NCBI RefSeq assembly: GCF_001447785.1
Contig: NW_015169198.1
Coordinates: forward strand, 432,339-496,338
From: Gekko japonicus
Taxonomy: Eukaryota
Reading direction: 5' to 3'
Length of the DNA: 64,000 nucleotides
Part shown: piece after piece, positions 49,931 to 62,925 of the stretch
How positions within the stretch are numbered: the stretch's first letter is position 1
How the letters are laid out: each line of letters begins with the position of its first letter
Position numbers and translations under genes: made by a program
The notes under the pieces: model-generated
Told to the model about the DNA's origin: nothing
What the model saw: the letters and a program-made list of their open reading frames with translations, nothing else
Database searches by the model: none

Positions 49931-51824
49931 TTTGAACCCATGATCAAATCAATGTAATGGATAGAACACCCTTGTTCTTAAAAGGCTGCTTTAAAATTTT
50001 TACAAAAATTGTCTAGCATGCAGAAATTCTGAAATGTCTTGGCAGTAGGTGGACTTCACAGAAACCAAGGACAATATCATATCAGAAATCACTTTTTAAA
50101 ATTCAGGTGTGATCTGAATTAGCTCCTAAATGCTATCTTTCTACATCATCTTAAAATAGCTTTTGAACTAGTGTTATTTCTTTTACTAAATCTCAGTCAG
50201 AAAACCTTATGATTTTGCATCATATTCAGAGAACAGTCCACTCAGTGAAAAGCAAGTATCATCAAAATAACATGTCAGAGATCTAGGATCTCCCATCTAG
50301 TAACAACTGCATCAGTTGTTGCTTTTTCTGATCTAAATGCAGTGCGGGATTGCCTAGAGACCTGAAATACACACAGCATGCCCATCCCTGATTTTGCAGT
50401 TTATTATATGTTCTAAACACTCCTCATTTGGGTGGGAGGAGATCTGTATTGTCAATTATATAGCAACTAAATTCATCCCAGGAAATTTGAGGGTTGTATG
50501 AAGTACAATAGGTCATAAAGAAAGGGCTTGAAATCAGTCTATTCCTGTCCTCCCAGGAACGTCTATGTAATATGGATTAAGTATAAATATTTATACTCAA
50601 AGTATGCTAGGCTAATGACATCTGAAATGATCCTGTGGCTGCAACTCTTTCAGGGTAGGGAGCTCTGAAGACAATGTCTTTCACATTACTCATTCTCCTT
50701 GATTCTCAGTGTGAATTTCAACTACAGAACTCCATTTTGTAAGGCCCTGAAGTGGAGAGACCCCTGCTACTTCTTCCCCTATAGTCAAACAAATTAGTCC
50801 TCTATAGTCAGACAAATTAAATTGTTGCCCTGGCCTAAATTAAATTGTTGCTATGGACCCTTATTAATACTTGATAACGGCTATTCAAATACATTAAGAT
50901 GCATTGTGAGACTAATTGCTTAGAGTACTAATGAGGATAGATCATGGAATAAATGTTTTGTGGTTTATAAGATGTACAGGCTGTTGCTGACACCTGAAGG
51001 AGTGCATTAGCGTGTATGTGTGGTAGACAGTGAATCAGTGAGGATATGTGTGTGGACCAGGGGTTGTCATCTTCAGGGTCTCAACAAACATACAGAACAA
51101 ATGAAAATCAGGAGCTTGAGAGGGTTCTGCAGAAAGAACACTATTGTTTCCCATATTTCTTCAGCAACTGTATCTGTTGATAATTCCAGATGGGTAGCTG
51201 TGTTGCCAAAAACAGGAGTCTTGTGGCAGCATAATGACTAACAAAATGGTTGAATAGAATCTGGTCAGTCAGTTAAGGTGTCTCTAGTCCTCTGCAATTG
51301 TTTATGTTTGTGAAGGACATTGCTGGCTCAGGATTCAAAGCCATGTAGTTGTATGGGTTACGGTGCTTTGGAACTATTACTTTAAATGGGAAATCTATTG
51401 GAGGGACTGGGGCAGCTGTTTGTAAATATAACGGCACCAGATTTGTATAGAACATAGTCCTCTCTCAAATTTAAAGTTCCCTCAAGTTTCAAGTGAATTA
51501 GACCTTGGGATATGATTTCACAGACCCCTGCAGTAGATGTCCCTTGGCACAGGAACAGTTCTCTCCACTCATTCCTATTGTTTGTGTGTGTGTGTGGGGG
51601 GGTGTCACCAGTCATCAGCATTTTTTTTTTAAAAAACCCTGTCTGCATTATCATAGAATGTTAGAGTTGGATGGGATCTTGCAGGTCATCTAGTCCAACC
51701 CCCTGCACTCTGCAGGAGCATAGCTGAAAGATAGCCCTACAATTTAATTTTCCTATGCTTACAGTGACCAACTGGTTTTTTAATCCTTTCTGCTGAGAAC
51801 TCTGCATTTGCCATGCTTCCCTTT

Positions 51825-52451
51825 TGTGGTCTGTTATTTGTTGCACAATGTGAGGAAGGAGAACAGCAGCTTTTCCAGTGTTCCTGATGGAAGACTTTTT
51901 CAGGGGGGCCTGTAGTGGCTGTTTCTCAACCAAATGACAGGAAAATTGCAGAGGTCTGTGTTCTGCCTGTCCACTAAAGACCATCCAAGTTTCAAGCAAA
52001 CTGGACTGAGGGTTCCAATTTGATGGGCCACTGAACAAGAATCCCCCAGGCTTTCTACTTTCAGAGGGGGAAAAAGTCTCCACTGTCACAAAGGAAGGGG
52101 GAGAATGAGCAAACTTCAATGGCAGTTCTACTGTTATCTGTGGTCTGTTATTTGTTGCACAATGTGTGGAAGGGGAACAGCAGCTCTTCCAGTGTTCCTG
52201 ATGGAGGACTTTTTCAGGGGGGCCTGTAGCGGCTGTTTCTCAACCAAATGACAGCAAAATTGCAGAGGTCTGTGTCCTGCCTGTCCACTAAAGACCGTCC
52301 AAGTTTCAAGCAAACTGGACTGAGGGTTCCAATTTGATGGGCCACTGAACAAGAATCCCCCAGGCTTTCTACTTTCAGAGGGGGAAAAAGTCTCCACTGT
52401 CACAAAGGAAGGGGGAGAATGAGCAAACTTCAATGGCAGTTCTACTGTTAT
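51825..52451. repeat. ~314-bp direct tandem duplication (two highly similar copies plus a diverged third module)
   Basis: tgtggtctgttatttgttgcacaatgtg...ttcaatggcagttctactgttat at ~51825-52137 and ~52140-52451. Confidence 0.92.
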
Positions 52452-52747
52452 TCTGTATGGAGGACATTTGTGGGGCTGGATTTGCTGTTTTTTTCAACCA
52501 AATCACACCACAATTACATGCAAATGCTGCCTGTCCATTAAAGACCACCCAAGTTTAAAGCAAATTGGACCAAGGGGTACAACGCTATGCACCCCTGAAC
52601 AAGGTTTCCCCAGGCATTCTACTTTCAAAGAAAAATGGGCTCTGTCTCCACATAGGAGAGAGCAGCTCTCTGCAGCTTGTCTCCCAACATGTTTGGCTCG
52701 GAAGGGAGCAATGCCATTGTCCTGGAAATCAGTGGACAAAAAGAAGA

Positions 52748-52750
<3 letters not shown>

Positions 52751-52784
<34 letters not shown>
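52751..52784. repeat. (AC)n microsatellite
   Basis: Directly visible. Confidence 0.95.
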
Positions 52785-52786
<2 letters not shown>

Positions 52787-53174
52787 GTGCATGCTGCATT
52801 GCTAGTATGCACCTGAACTGGAGGGGGGGAGTTTAGATTTTTCAGGAAGAGGGGTTTTGTTATACCAAAAGCCCTGGATTTGTATTACTGTTCTAGGAAA
52901 TCACTGTACTGACCCCAAAAGTGAATTCCATGTATATCATTAGCTCAGGAATTTCATTATGCATACCCCTAACATTTATATCCCGCCTTTCTCCCCAAAG
53001 AGGGCCACCAATCAAGCTAACATAACATACATCAAAAAACCAATTAAAGAGCAGAGCTAAAATACATATATTACACAGAGGACAGAAAATTAAAAAGCAA
53101 GAGAAGAAGGAGGAACAATTGAGGAAATACCACATGAAACAAAAACGTCTTCACCAATTGGCAGAAGATAGTAG

Positions 53175-53746
53175 CCCTGTTCACAAGTTACAGTGAAAAT
53201 ATATACAATTTTTGTACAGGGTATACTTGACTTTTTAAATATGTGCTTTGAGTAACTCTCACAATACATTCAACACCTGTACAGCTGAAAAGGTGGTATA
53301 AACCCCACATTTATTCATGTACCAGTAGGGATCCCAAGTCCCCCCGAGGGGCGGAGAAATCCCCGCCCCAGAGGCCCGTTCCCCGGCACTGCTGGATCAG
53401 GCCCCGGGGGGAACTCCACCCCGACATGCGCATCACCCGGAAGTGACGCAGGCACGCCAGGCACGCTGGGGGCGGGGCCACGGCCATACAAGGGAAAACT
53501 CTATGGTTTTCCCTTGTATGGGCATGGCCCCGCCCCCAGCGTGCCCGGCATCATAACGTCACTTCCGGGTGACGTGCATACAGCACGATGCCGGCCGGGA
53601 GGCCCACGCTCCCGGCGAAGATAGACTTGGCAACCCTATGTACAAGTTTCATTTGGATAGTGAACACATGTTGGCTCTTTGTTACAAACAGATGTATGCA
53701 TCTACATGCAGGATGTACACATGTCTACTGCAACATGTGAACAGGG
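53175..53746. mobile_element. Old MITE (possibly Harbinger-like) hosting a younger MITE
   Basis: ~33-bp degenerate TIRs ccctgttcacaagttacagt / actgcaacatgtgaacaggg. Confidence 0.6.
53326..53638. mobile_element. CpG-rich palindromic hAT MITE
   Basis: TIRs tagggatcccaagtc / gacttggcaacccta, TSD tgtaccag / tgtacaag, and a long internal hairpin centred at ~53500. Confidence 0.85.
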
Positions 53747-54619
53747 AGGTGACAGAAGAGAACAACTAACCCTAGGGAGAATATTGGTGCCATGACTAAA
53801 AAGGACCACAACTATGATGTTTTTCACAGGTTATTTTCCCTAAATTGGATGCTGTTGGGAAGTGGGGGTATTTTTCTGCTTCCATGCAGCATCACAATGC
53901 ATACATATATGCACCTCCCGGGTTTCCCCCAGTTTTAACCTAATCTTGAATAAACTATTCTTGTGCAAACTTTTGGGAAAGATCACAGACAAGTCTGGAT
54001 GGCTGCTGAGTGCAAAAGTTCAGATTCTCCTGGTCCCACCCACATGACAGCCATTTCCCCTGNNNNNNNNNNNNNTATAGCTGTTGGCAGAGCATAGATA
54101 TGCAGTAAAAGGGAGCACAAGCTGTTTAAAATATTAATGGCCCCGTCACACAGGCCGGATAACGCAGGGGGGAGGTGTGGCTAATTGCTCTGGTGCAATT
54201 AGAGCCGCCAGAATGTGATCTGACGTGTCAGTGGCAAACCACGGGCCCTGTCCTCCCCTCCTGCGCATTAATGAGGGGCCAGCACAATCATACCGCGGGA
54301 GTCCGAAGGCAGCCCATGGCAAACCGTTTGCCACTACATATGAGGTACTGTTTTTTTATTGCGCTTTTTTGGTGGTATGCCACAGGTTGGCCACGGGTGT
54401 GCTCCACTTGCCAGATGTTGCAGTGTGGTTGCACCCTGATAATCCGCCCACCACCCATGGCTCTCCCGTGGCAAATTCTCCATGTGACCGGGACCAAAGT
54501 CAGTTTATTAAGAAGAGAACAAACTTTGTAAGAAAGAGGAGAGAGAGAAAGAAGTCTGTCTAGCTATGGGGGAGTCAGTAACGAAAAGATCTCAGCAGCA
54601 GGAGGAAAAACCCCAATTG

Positions 54620-54895
54620 AGCCAATCAGAAGACAGGAAGAAGACTATTTAAAAATAGTAGGAAGTCCCTAATCTGACTATGTTAACTAGTTGTTCCCCC
54701 TGCTGCATGTTCTTGTCCTTGCTTTATCTATGCATGATAGACCTTGCATATCAGCCAATCAGGAGACAGGAAGAAGACTATCTAGAAATAGTAGGATGTC
54801 CTTAATCTCACTATATTAACTAGTTGTTCCCCCTGCTTCCCCCTACTGCATGTTCTTGTCCTTTCTTTATCTATGCATGATAGACCTTGCATATT
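54620..54895. repeat. ~132-bp tandem duplication inside an LTR-like segment (~54480-55000)
   Basis: agccaatcag...gacaggaagaagactat...gaccttgcatat occurs twice. Confidence 0.85.
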
Positions 54896-56419
54896 CCAGC
54901 AGCAGCAACAGTTTCTTCTCCCTGCAACTAAGGGGGGTTAGCAGCAATTGAATATTGTTATATCATCACAATGATATGATCTTTTTATATCTGAAACAAT
55001 ATAACAGTTCATGGTGCGGTAATGTCCCTGAACCTGAAAACCCTTCCTGGCGTCACTGGCGCTTCCCCCTTCCATATCTGAGCCCTAATTTGCTACCTTT
55101 GAACATTACAAGGATTGCAGCCTAAATTTGCAGTTTCAAAGTAAATAATGGTGAAAAGTTCTTCATCTTTTGTATGTAGAATAATGTGCAAACTCCAAGT
55201 CAGGGTACAACTCATTTTTGAATCTTCAATTTGCATACATGCTTCCTGTAACACATGAAACTGTTACAACAGGGAAAAAAATTGACAATCCATCTGCCTG
55301 CCATGCCATGGAGGTCTGAGAGAAACTTTCCCATTTATTTTTGTGGAATTTTTCCAGCTTGTTGAACAAAGCCTTTATGGTTTTGGATTATTAAGGGTGA
55401 AAATAGATACCAGTGTTTGCAATAGTATGATTTTCCAAGGTGTTAATTGCCCATTGCTCTATGTTTAAAAGCATCATCAATTGCTTTCTGATTACCTTGT
55501 AAAAACAGCTTTTATTGTTCTATTTGCATTTTTTTTTTTTTAGTGGAGAAGATCAGCAGGGTTTAGATTTCTCCTCAATGTTAACTCCTTCCCACCCCAA
55601 ATTCAAAGCAATCTTGGCCATACACTTTATGTTCCTGGGTTTAGACAATGTGAAATTCCTGACATTAAAGCTGGGGGTCAGTTTGCCTCAGCCCCATGAG
55701 TTCAAATGATACGCAAGTCTCATTGGATAATGTTCAGTGGGTCTAGCCAAGAGGGAAACATGGTTTGTGAGCCTATATTCTAACTGTGCCCCCCCCCCCC
55801 ATCAGGCTTTTGCTGCTGGCTGCCTAGGATAGCTGTTGCCTTCTTGGTGAAGTTTTCAAATCTGTTGGAGTGACAAGTAGGATTGTGAAGTGGTGTGCAT
55901 TTGAAGGGCATGTTTGGGTGACATTTGGATTTTGTGTGCGTGTTGAAGTTGTAGTGGTTTCATTGAAAGGGATTTGGGTACATTGTTTTTCTTCAGGAAT
56001 TAGGTACATTGTTTCCCCTTTTTAGAAGCATTCCCCACCACCACCCTTATTCTTTTATGTATTGATTTGCTCCAGGAGGAGGGAGAACTCTTTTGGGCGG
56101 CAGAATTTGACTTTTAATACTGCTTTGTCCAACTGTTGCATTTCTGGTACAGCTATTCAGGTTGCAGTGTAAAGTCTGCATTATAACTGGTAGTCTTATT
56201 ATAATTGTATTGGTTCACAAGATCACTGCTGATTAATTTAAGCTGGTATTGCTCCCAAGCATGGTTTGGACTACTGTTATGTTGAGTTGGTGATTTAGAC
56301 AAGATGTTCTGGTATTAGCAGTTAGAGCAATGCTTGTATTATAATCACTCCATGTTCAGATTTTGAAATTATACATTGAGTTTGCATTACAGGTTAAAAC
56401 AGTGTTTCCACAGCAAAGA

Positions 56420-57000
56420 TTTAGCATTGGAAGTTAAGCATTAAGCAGAATTGGCACTGAGTGGAATTTGGGCATTGTAATTTTACATTGCAAGCTAGAT
56501 AATAAGCAGTTGGCCGCACTGAAAGGAAAAGCAATTCAAGTGAAGCAACAGGCACACTTGGCATTGGGTGGATTTGAGTATTGCAAGCTTTTTGCATTGC
56601 AAACTGGCAACAATCAGAATTAGTATCATTGCGAGGATTGGGCAGCAAAAAAACAGGAATGGTGGTATCACAAGGCTTTTCCAAGGCTTTTATATTGCAT
56701 ATCCAGGCAAGAAGCAGAATTGGTGTAGTTGCAACAACTTTGCAAGGGATGTGCATTACAAACAATAAGCTGAAGTGGTAGTTTTTCAAAGTTTTTGCAA
56801 GGAGTTTGGATAGCAAGTGGTCCAGTAAGCAGAAGCATCTGGCTTTGCAAGGCTTTTGTAAAGATTTTGTATTGCAAGTTGGCCACTAACCAAAAGTGGT
56901 GTTGTTGCAAAGGTTTGCAAGGATTTCTGCATTTTAAGGTGGGCAACAAGCAGAATTGGTGGCATGTCAAGTAGTTAAATGGTAAGCATAGTTGGTTGTG
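56420..57000. repeat. Diverged ~60-bp minisatellite
   Basis: agcagaattgg-like unit starts at ~56444, 56712, 56768, 56828, 56889 and 56949, with recurrent ttgcaagg. Confidence 0.7.
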
Positions 57001-57529
57001 GGCAAAGGGCTTTGTCTTTCAGTTAAACTGAGTTGTTCTGGGGTGCAGTTCTAGCTCACCTCCTCATGGTGCACCCTGGATAACACTAAAGAGCTAGAAC
57101 TTTTGATTGCCAGACAATTGTATAACATCTTGGCTACACTACACACATGGAAACAATCAAGCAATCAAACAGTCCTTCTCAGGACTACTTGACAAGGGGT
57201 ATAGGAGACTGCATCCACATCTGTGTCACTCTGCTGACTGGAGCTTTGTAGTAATTCATCAGATATATTGGATAGTTATGTAATATTCCCACAATGGATC
57301 TGTGCTTTGTTGGGCCATATTATTAGATTTCTAGGCCAATGGGGTTGGTGAGGTGGACAATGGCTTCTGATTTTTACCATTCTTTTGCAGTATTAGGTAT
57401 CCAAGCTAACAAAGATAAGAAACTTAAAACTGTGGAAATTTGGATCCTCTCTCCCACAGGGGCCCATTCCAATGTTGTCTGATGAGCAATACTCTAGTGC
57501 CTGCAAGTGGTGGCCAGAATAGACATTCT

Positions 57530-59640
57530 GTTATTTTAAAAAAATATTGATAATATATAGAATTTACAAATCACAATTGTAGTAGATGTAATACAGTTTT
57601 GAAGATGTAGAATAAGTCAAATTGTATATAAATTAAATTAAAATCATTACAGCAGGTGAGTCAGAATATGTTAACTTACATAGCATTAGATGTCTCAATA
57701 GGCAATAAGGTTAGCAAGCAGGACAGAACATTAAATTCAAATGTATTATAATTAAGTAACTGTATAGTTCTATAACTGGAATAGAATAGATCGCAGGAAC
57801 TGCTGTGAGTTGGGCAACGACTCTATATCTGCGGAAGAAAGAGGAGGGAAGACAAGTGAGGAGAAAAGAAAGTGGAAGAAGAGTGGGGGAGAGAGTGAAA
57901 GGTGACAGTGAGGATAAAGTTAAAGTATTTGTTGGTATGTTGGATTAGGAGGCAATAGGTCCTGCACAAGAATATATTCAAAAAAGGGGAACCATTTCTC
58001 AATGAATGAAGTTCTCTTGGGATGGAGGTCTGATTGAAGCAGTCAATCTGTGATTTTTCCCCATTATCAGGTGATCCCATATCTTCGAAAACCAGTTGGT
58101 CAAGGATGGCAGCGATGGAGACTTCCAGTGGGATGCTAGTGCTGTCTTAGCATCTGTCAGAAGGCTATGAATGAGCTCCCATCTAATTTTGGGAATCAAG
58201 GGATCACCATTGTGTTGCAAGATCAGCTCAGGGGTTAGTGGAAGCATGTAGCCTGTAATTTGTTTGATTTGCATGAGGATGATGCTCCAAAAACCTTTTG
58301 AGTGTGGGCACTGCCACCAGCAGTAGGCGAATGTGCCAGTGCCTCCACAGCCTTTCCAACAGAGTATAGAGCAGGAGAGAGAGATCAGTGCCAGCTTTTG
58401 GGAGTGATGTACCACTGAGATATGATCTTGTAGGATCACAACCGAACATGTGTGGAAGACGTGGAGGCAGGGGTCATTTCGTAGAAAAAGAGCTAGGGGG
58501 ACTCATTAGCATAACTCATTAGCATATGCCACACCCCCTGACATCACCTGAAGTGTGTCCTCCCCACAGCCGGCGGCGACCTCCAGTCCAGTGGGATGCT
58601 AGTGCTGTCTTAGCATCTGTCAGAAGGCTATGAATGAGCTCCCATCTAATTTTGGGAATCAAGGGATCACCATTGTGTTGCAAGATCAGCTCAGGGGTTA
58701 GTGGAAGCATGTAGCCTGTGATTTGCATGAGGATGTTGCTCCAAAAACCTTTCGAGTGTGGGCACTGCCACCAGCAGTAGGCGAATGTGCCAGTGCCTCC
58801 ACAGCCTTTCCAACAGAGTATAGAGCAGGAGAGAGAGATCAGTGCCAGCTTTTGGGAGTGATGTACCACTGAGATATGATCTTGTAGGATCACAACCGAA
58901 CATGTGTGGAAGACGTGGAGGCAAGCCAAATAGTGAACCACTGACCATCTGTAAAGGTGATACTGCAATCACATGACCAAGCCAATTGGTAAGGCAAGGG
59001 TTTGGAGGGATGACGTTGAAGTAGGATGTGATATATACTTTTGATGAGATCACGGGAACCAGCGTCATCGGAATTCAGTAAATCCTCAAAGTCTGTGGGG
59101 GTGAGCTTACGATAGTAGATAAGTGCAGGTTGGTAGTCACGTGTTGCGACTGAAGGTAGAACAACCATGGAATTTTTTGTTGAAGCTGTTGTTCTAAGAG
59201 CAATTTTGGTGTGAGGTCATGATTCATTGCCAAGTCTTTTAGACACTTGATTTGGCAGTCCTTCAAAGAGAGGTGGTCCGTAGGTGAACTCCCAGGGAGA
59301 ACCAAGTTTGATGTAGGAAGGAAGAGAATTGCAAGTACTTTGGAACCAACATGTTTGTAGGTGTCCCACATTTTGAGAAAGATGCTGCTGCGAAGTTGAA
59401 GAGGACATGATTTTGGTTCGGTCCAGATTGCATCTTGTAATGAAAGAGGATGTAGGAGTGGATTTAAGGTTGAAATCCAATTTGCTTGATCTCCAGTCTT
59501 TAAGATTTTAACAATATTTGATAATAGAATGGTTTTACGGTATGTGAAAACATCCAGGTAGTTGAGAGCTCCTTCCGTGGTTCTCAGTCTCAGTGTTTTG
59601 AATCTGATTCACGGATGTTTGCACTTCCAAAGGAAATGTC
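57530..59640 (-). mobile_element. L1-clade LINE 3' portion with internal duplication
   Basis: FLWK..., CWKGCGGTGTFAYCWWQCP..FW and AKTALASHWK motifs, with a 3'UTR toward 57530. Confidence 0.85.
58468..58586. mobile_element. One-ended fragment of the 13709-type hAT element
   Basis: caggggtcatttcgtagaaaaagagctagggg...catatgccacaccccctgacatcacc is nearly identical to 13709-13790. Confidence 0.85.
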
Positions 59641-61734
59641 TTCATTTGAGGGTGTCTGGGGAAAGTGGAATTCTTGACACTAAAGCCAGGGATCAGTTTG
59701 CCTCAGCCCCATAAGTTCAAATGAGGCACAAGGCATAAACGAGGCCATGGGTAATGGTCATTGGGTCATAAACAAGGCTCAAGACCATGGGTAATGGTCA
59801 TTGGGTCTAGCCAAGGTGGAGGCATGGCTTGCATATATTCTAACTGTGTCTTCTTCACACTGGCTTTTGTTGTTGACCTGTCCAAATTCCCTTTAGACAT
59901 GACAAGATAAGCAGGTAAGTATTTGAGGTCAAGCAAGAATTTGTTAGTCTTCCATGGTCTGGCTATAGGGGATTTGTTTGGCTTCCAATGGATTGGCCGT
60001 TTTTTGCCTGCTTTGTAATGTCATAGGGGAGGTTGGTTAAATAGGCCTAGTCATCTGACTGTTTATGTCATAACTAGTTTGGCAGGGATAGAGTGTGCAG
60101 ATCACTGTTGATAGGGATGACTATCAATCACCGTGAGGCATCAGCAGTGGGGGGGGGGGATGTCCAAAACAGCATATCATTGGCTGTGCAGGGGGTGGGT
60201 AGGAAGGACTGCCGTTGGTGCTTAGCAACATCTTTCCAAACCTGGTAGTGGCAGTGATGCACATCAAGTTTGGAGTCAGGGTGGATCTGCCCAACAAAGG
60301 AAGCCATAGTCAGGCTGCTTAGAACAACATGCCTATTTAAATATGTTAGCATATTCAACAGTATGGCATAGATCAGTTTATTTAAATAAACTAGTTTAAA
60401 CCCAAGAAGTTGCCTTAGGTCTTCATCTGAGGGGTGCCTGGAGCAATAAGTTAAGGGTAGCTCACCTATTTCCCCCATAGTTCTCTGACCATGACTACAC
60501 AGTAAGAATGCAATCCTATTAATATTGGTGAGGAGCAGGTCCCATTTGATTCAGATAGATGTACTCCCAGGTAAGTGCGTATAGAACTGCATACTCAGCT
60601 TAACCGCAAACCATTTTGTAGATCATTTTTTTAAAATGTTGATATCCAGAATTTATATGTTACTCTGCTGCCAGTTTAAGACACTTTTTGGCATAGTCAG
60701 ATATGAAGTTTTTATTGCAGGAAGGAAAAATCATGGATACATGTTGCATCCCGAGTATCATGCTCAGATGGCCAAGATAAATGAGCTATTTTCTTTGCAC
60801 CTGCATGACAGCTATAAAAACTCCTTCCTGCACAGACTCACAAAAGCCCTAACCTGGGCATCTTTCCAAAAGCACTGCATTTAAAAAATCAGCTAACCTT
60901 ACTGTGTGAATGTGGTTTCTACATTCTGCAATAGATATTTAACAAACCAGAGTTATGAATTCAATTAGAGCTAAGCATAGACAGCCACACAGTGTTGGCC
61001 AAGGAGCTGATGGACTAGTTATTTGTGCTATTTATTTATTTATTTGCTGTTAATGGATAAATTCTATCAACTTCAACTCACATTAATTTTTCTTCCACTG
61101 GTTGAAAAGCCTGAAGGAAATTAAATGAAGACAAACAATCAATAGCACCAGATGCATGTAGTAGTACTGATTGAAAACAAGCTATTGTGTTAGTGATTTA
61201 CCCAGCTTGATAGAAAATTGCACAAAGGACAAGTGACCGTGTCTCAAAACGATTGTGAGGCACAGTGTACAGCTCATAATCTTATAGTTGGGTTTTTTGT
61301 TTTTTTGCTTTCTTCCTTTCAGACAATAGCTGCCTTGGATCCTATTTAGTGCATGCATTCTTTCCCACCCTCCACCTTTCCCCTAGCAGTCCCTTTGGAG
61401 CTATGAATGCTGCAACTCAAACACGATCCCCAGATGAACTAAGTTTGCTTCGTTCCCTCAAATAGATGCAAAGTGAGCTCCTGATTAGATCACCTCAGTG
61501 CTTGTTCTAAAAATTCATGTCAAAGAGCTTTGAACCAGCACAGTAGCCACATATTCTGTAGGGTCAAATTGTTGAGGTGTGGTTGTCTTTTTTTTTTAAA
61601 TGAAATTACCAATATTGCACCATTACACCATTTCTACCACAGGGCAGTATTCTGGTGTCATGGTGTAATAGTGCTTATCAGCTCAGCTATATGTCTGGTC
61701 AACATCAATAAAGGGGGGGATTAGATTTCTTATT

Positions 61735-62279
61735 ATAACTAGCAGTAAAGCCCGTTGTGAAAACAATACAACGAGATCTAGAAAGATGTGATGTGTAAGA
61801 AATGCATAGGCTGGAAGGAGGTAAAGTAAATATTAGCAGTCTGTAAGTGAAAGATACAAATGTGGAAATAAAGTTGTAGCCAGCCTCATCAGCCCTGAAC
61901 CTGGGGTGGTTTTTCCCGAGAGAGAGACATCCCAAAAAACGACCTCTGAACCTCCACAAGCAGTGCCCTATGAAGCCAGGGTTGGCTTAAACAATGGCTT
62001 TTGCTGGGAGGCTAGGAAAACCACGTCTTGGCTGAGAAAACTCAGGCCAAAGAGAATTCTCCAGGCTGGCTGCACTGCCAGGCACCCTCCATGCAAGCAA
62101 CCCCCTCCCCCTTCACATGTCTCTCCTATCAGCTCTGCCCAAAGAGGACTAGTCTGGGCAAGTCTCTGCCCTCGCCTCAGGCATATTCCACTGACCAAAT
62201 GGCGAGTCTTTTGTCTGTCAAAGGTACAGGCAGGCAGGGACAAAAAGCCTCTGGTCTGTGCTACTGTCATGAATGAAGT
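61735..62279 (+). mobile_element. Helitron/Helentron-like non-autonomous element 5' part (ends in gap)
   Basis: actagcagtaaagcccgttgt...acaacgagatctag forms a subterminal hairpin. The same end occurs at 48331. Confidence 0.55.
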
Positions 62280-62401
62280 NNNNNNNNNNNNNNNNNNNNN
62301 NNNNNNNNNNNNNNNNNNNNNNNNNNNNNNNNNNNNNNNNNNNNNNNNNNNNNNNNNNNNNNNNNNNNNNNNNNNNNNNNNNNNNNNNNNNNNNNNNNNN
62401 N

Positions 62402-62925
62402 CCAATTCTGATGAGGAATCTTCTTCAGATGATCTGGTTTTATCCGATTCTGAACTTCTCGAGCCACGTGAGCTGTATTCTCCTTCTTCTTGATGACTTT
62501 TCTCTTCTGCTAATATTTCCTTTGGTAGTCCTTGAACTTTCTCAAAAAATTGTTTTGCTTTATCAACAGAGTCAATCTTTTCTTTTACATCCTTGTACTT
62601 GAATGTTAACCCTTCTGGTAGAAGCCATCTGTAGCTAATTGATTTCTTTTGTAGAAATGTAGTTAAATCTTTGTAATATCTTCGCTTTTTTCTGATTTCA
62701 AATGGTACATCCTTTAGAACTCTTATTTCCGACTCTTTAATCTTCAAGATGTTTCCATTGGTAGCTTTGAGAACTACGTCTCTTGTGGACCTTTTTGAGA
62801 ATCTGACTATAATTTCCCCAGGCAGGTTTCTCTTCTTTATGCATTTGGGGTATGATCTATCGACCACATCCAAATCGCTTAATAACTCTTCATGTTTCAT
62901 ACCTGTCATTGGGGCTAATGCTTGA
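62402..62925 (-). mobile_element. L1-clade ORF1 fragment (related to the 24713 ORF)
   Basis: LPGEIIVRFSKR...IRVLKDVPFEIRKKR...SYRWLLPEG. Confidence 0.78.

Noticed and set aside
56421-56970. Cys-rich repeat protein ORFs
   Set aside because: Unit lengths vary (about 56-61 bp) and break frame, so this is a decayed minisatellite.
60700-60884. Possible exon after tttttattgcag acceptor
   Set aside because: No recognisable protein similarity and no convincing donor site.
61968-62909. 313-aa ORF
   Set aside because: It is an artefact of reading through a 122-N gap. Only the 62402-62909 part is L1-type ORF1.
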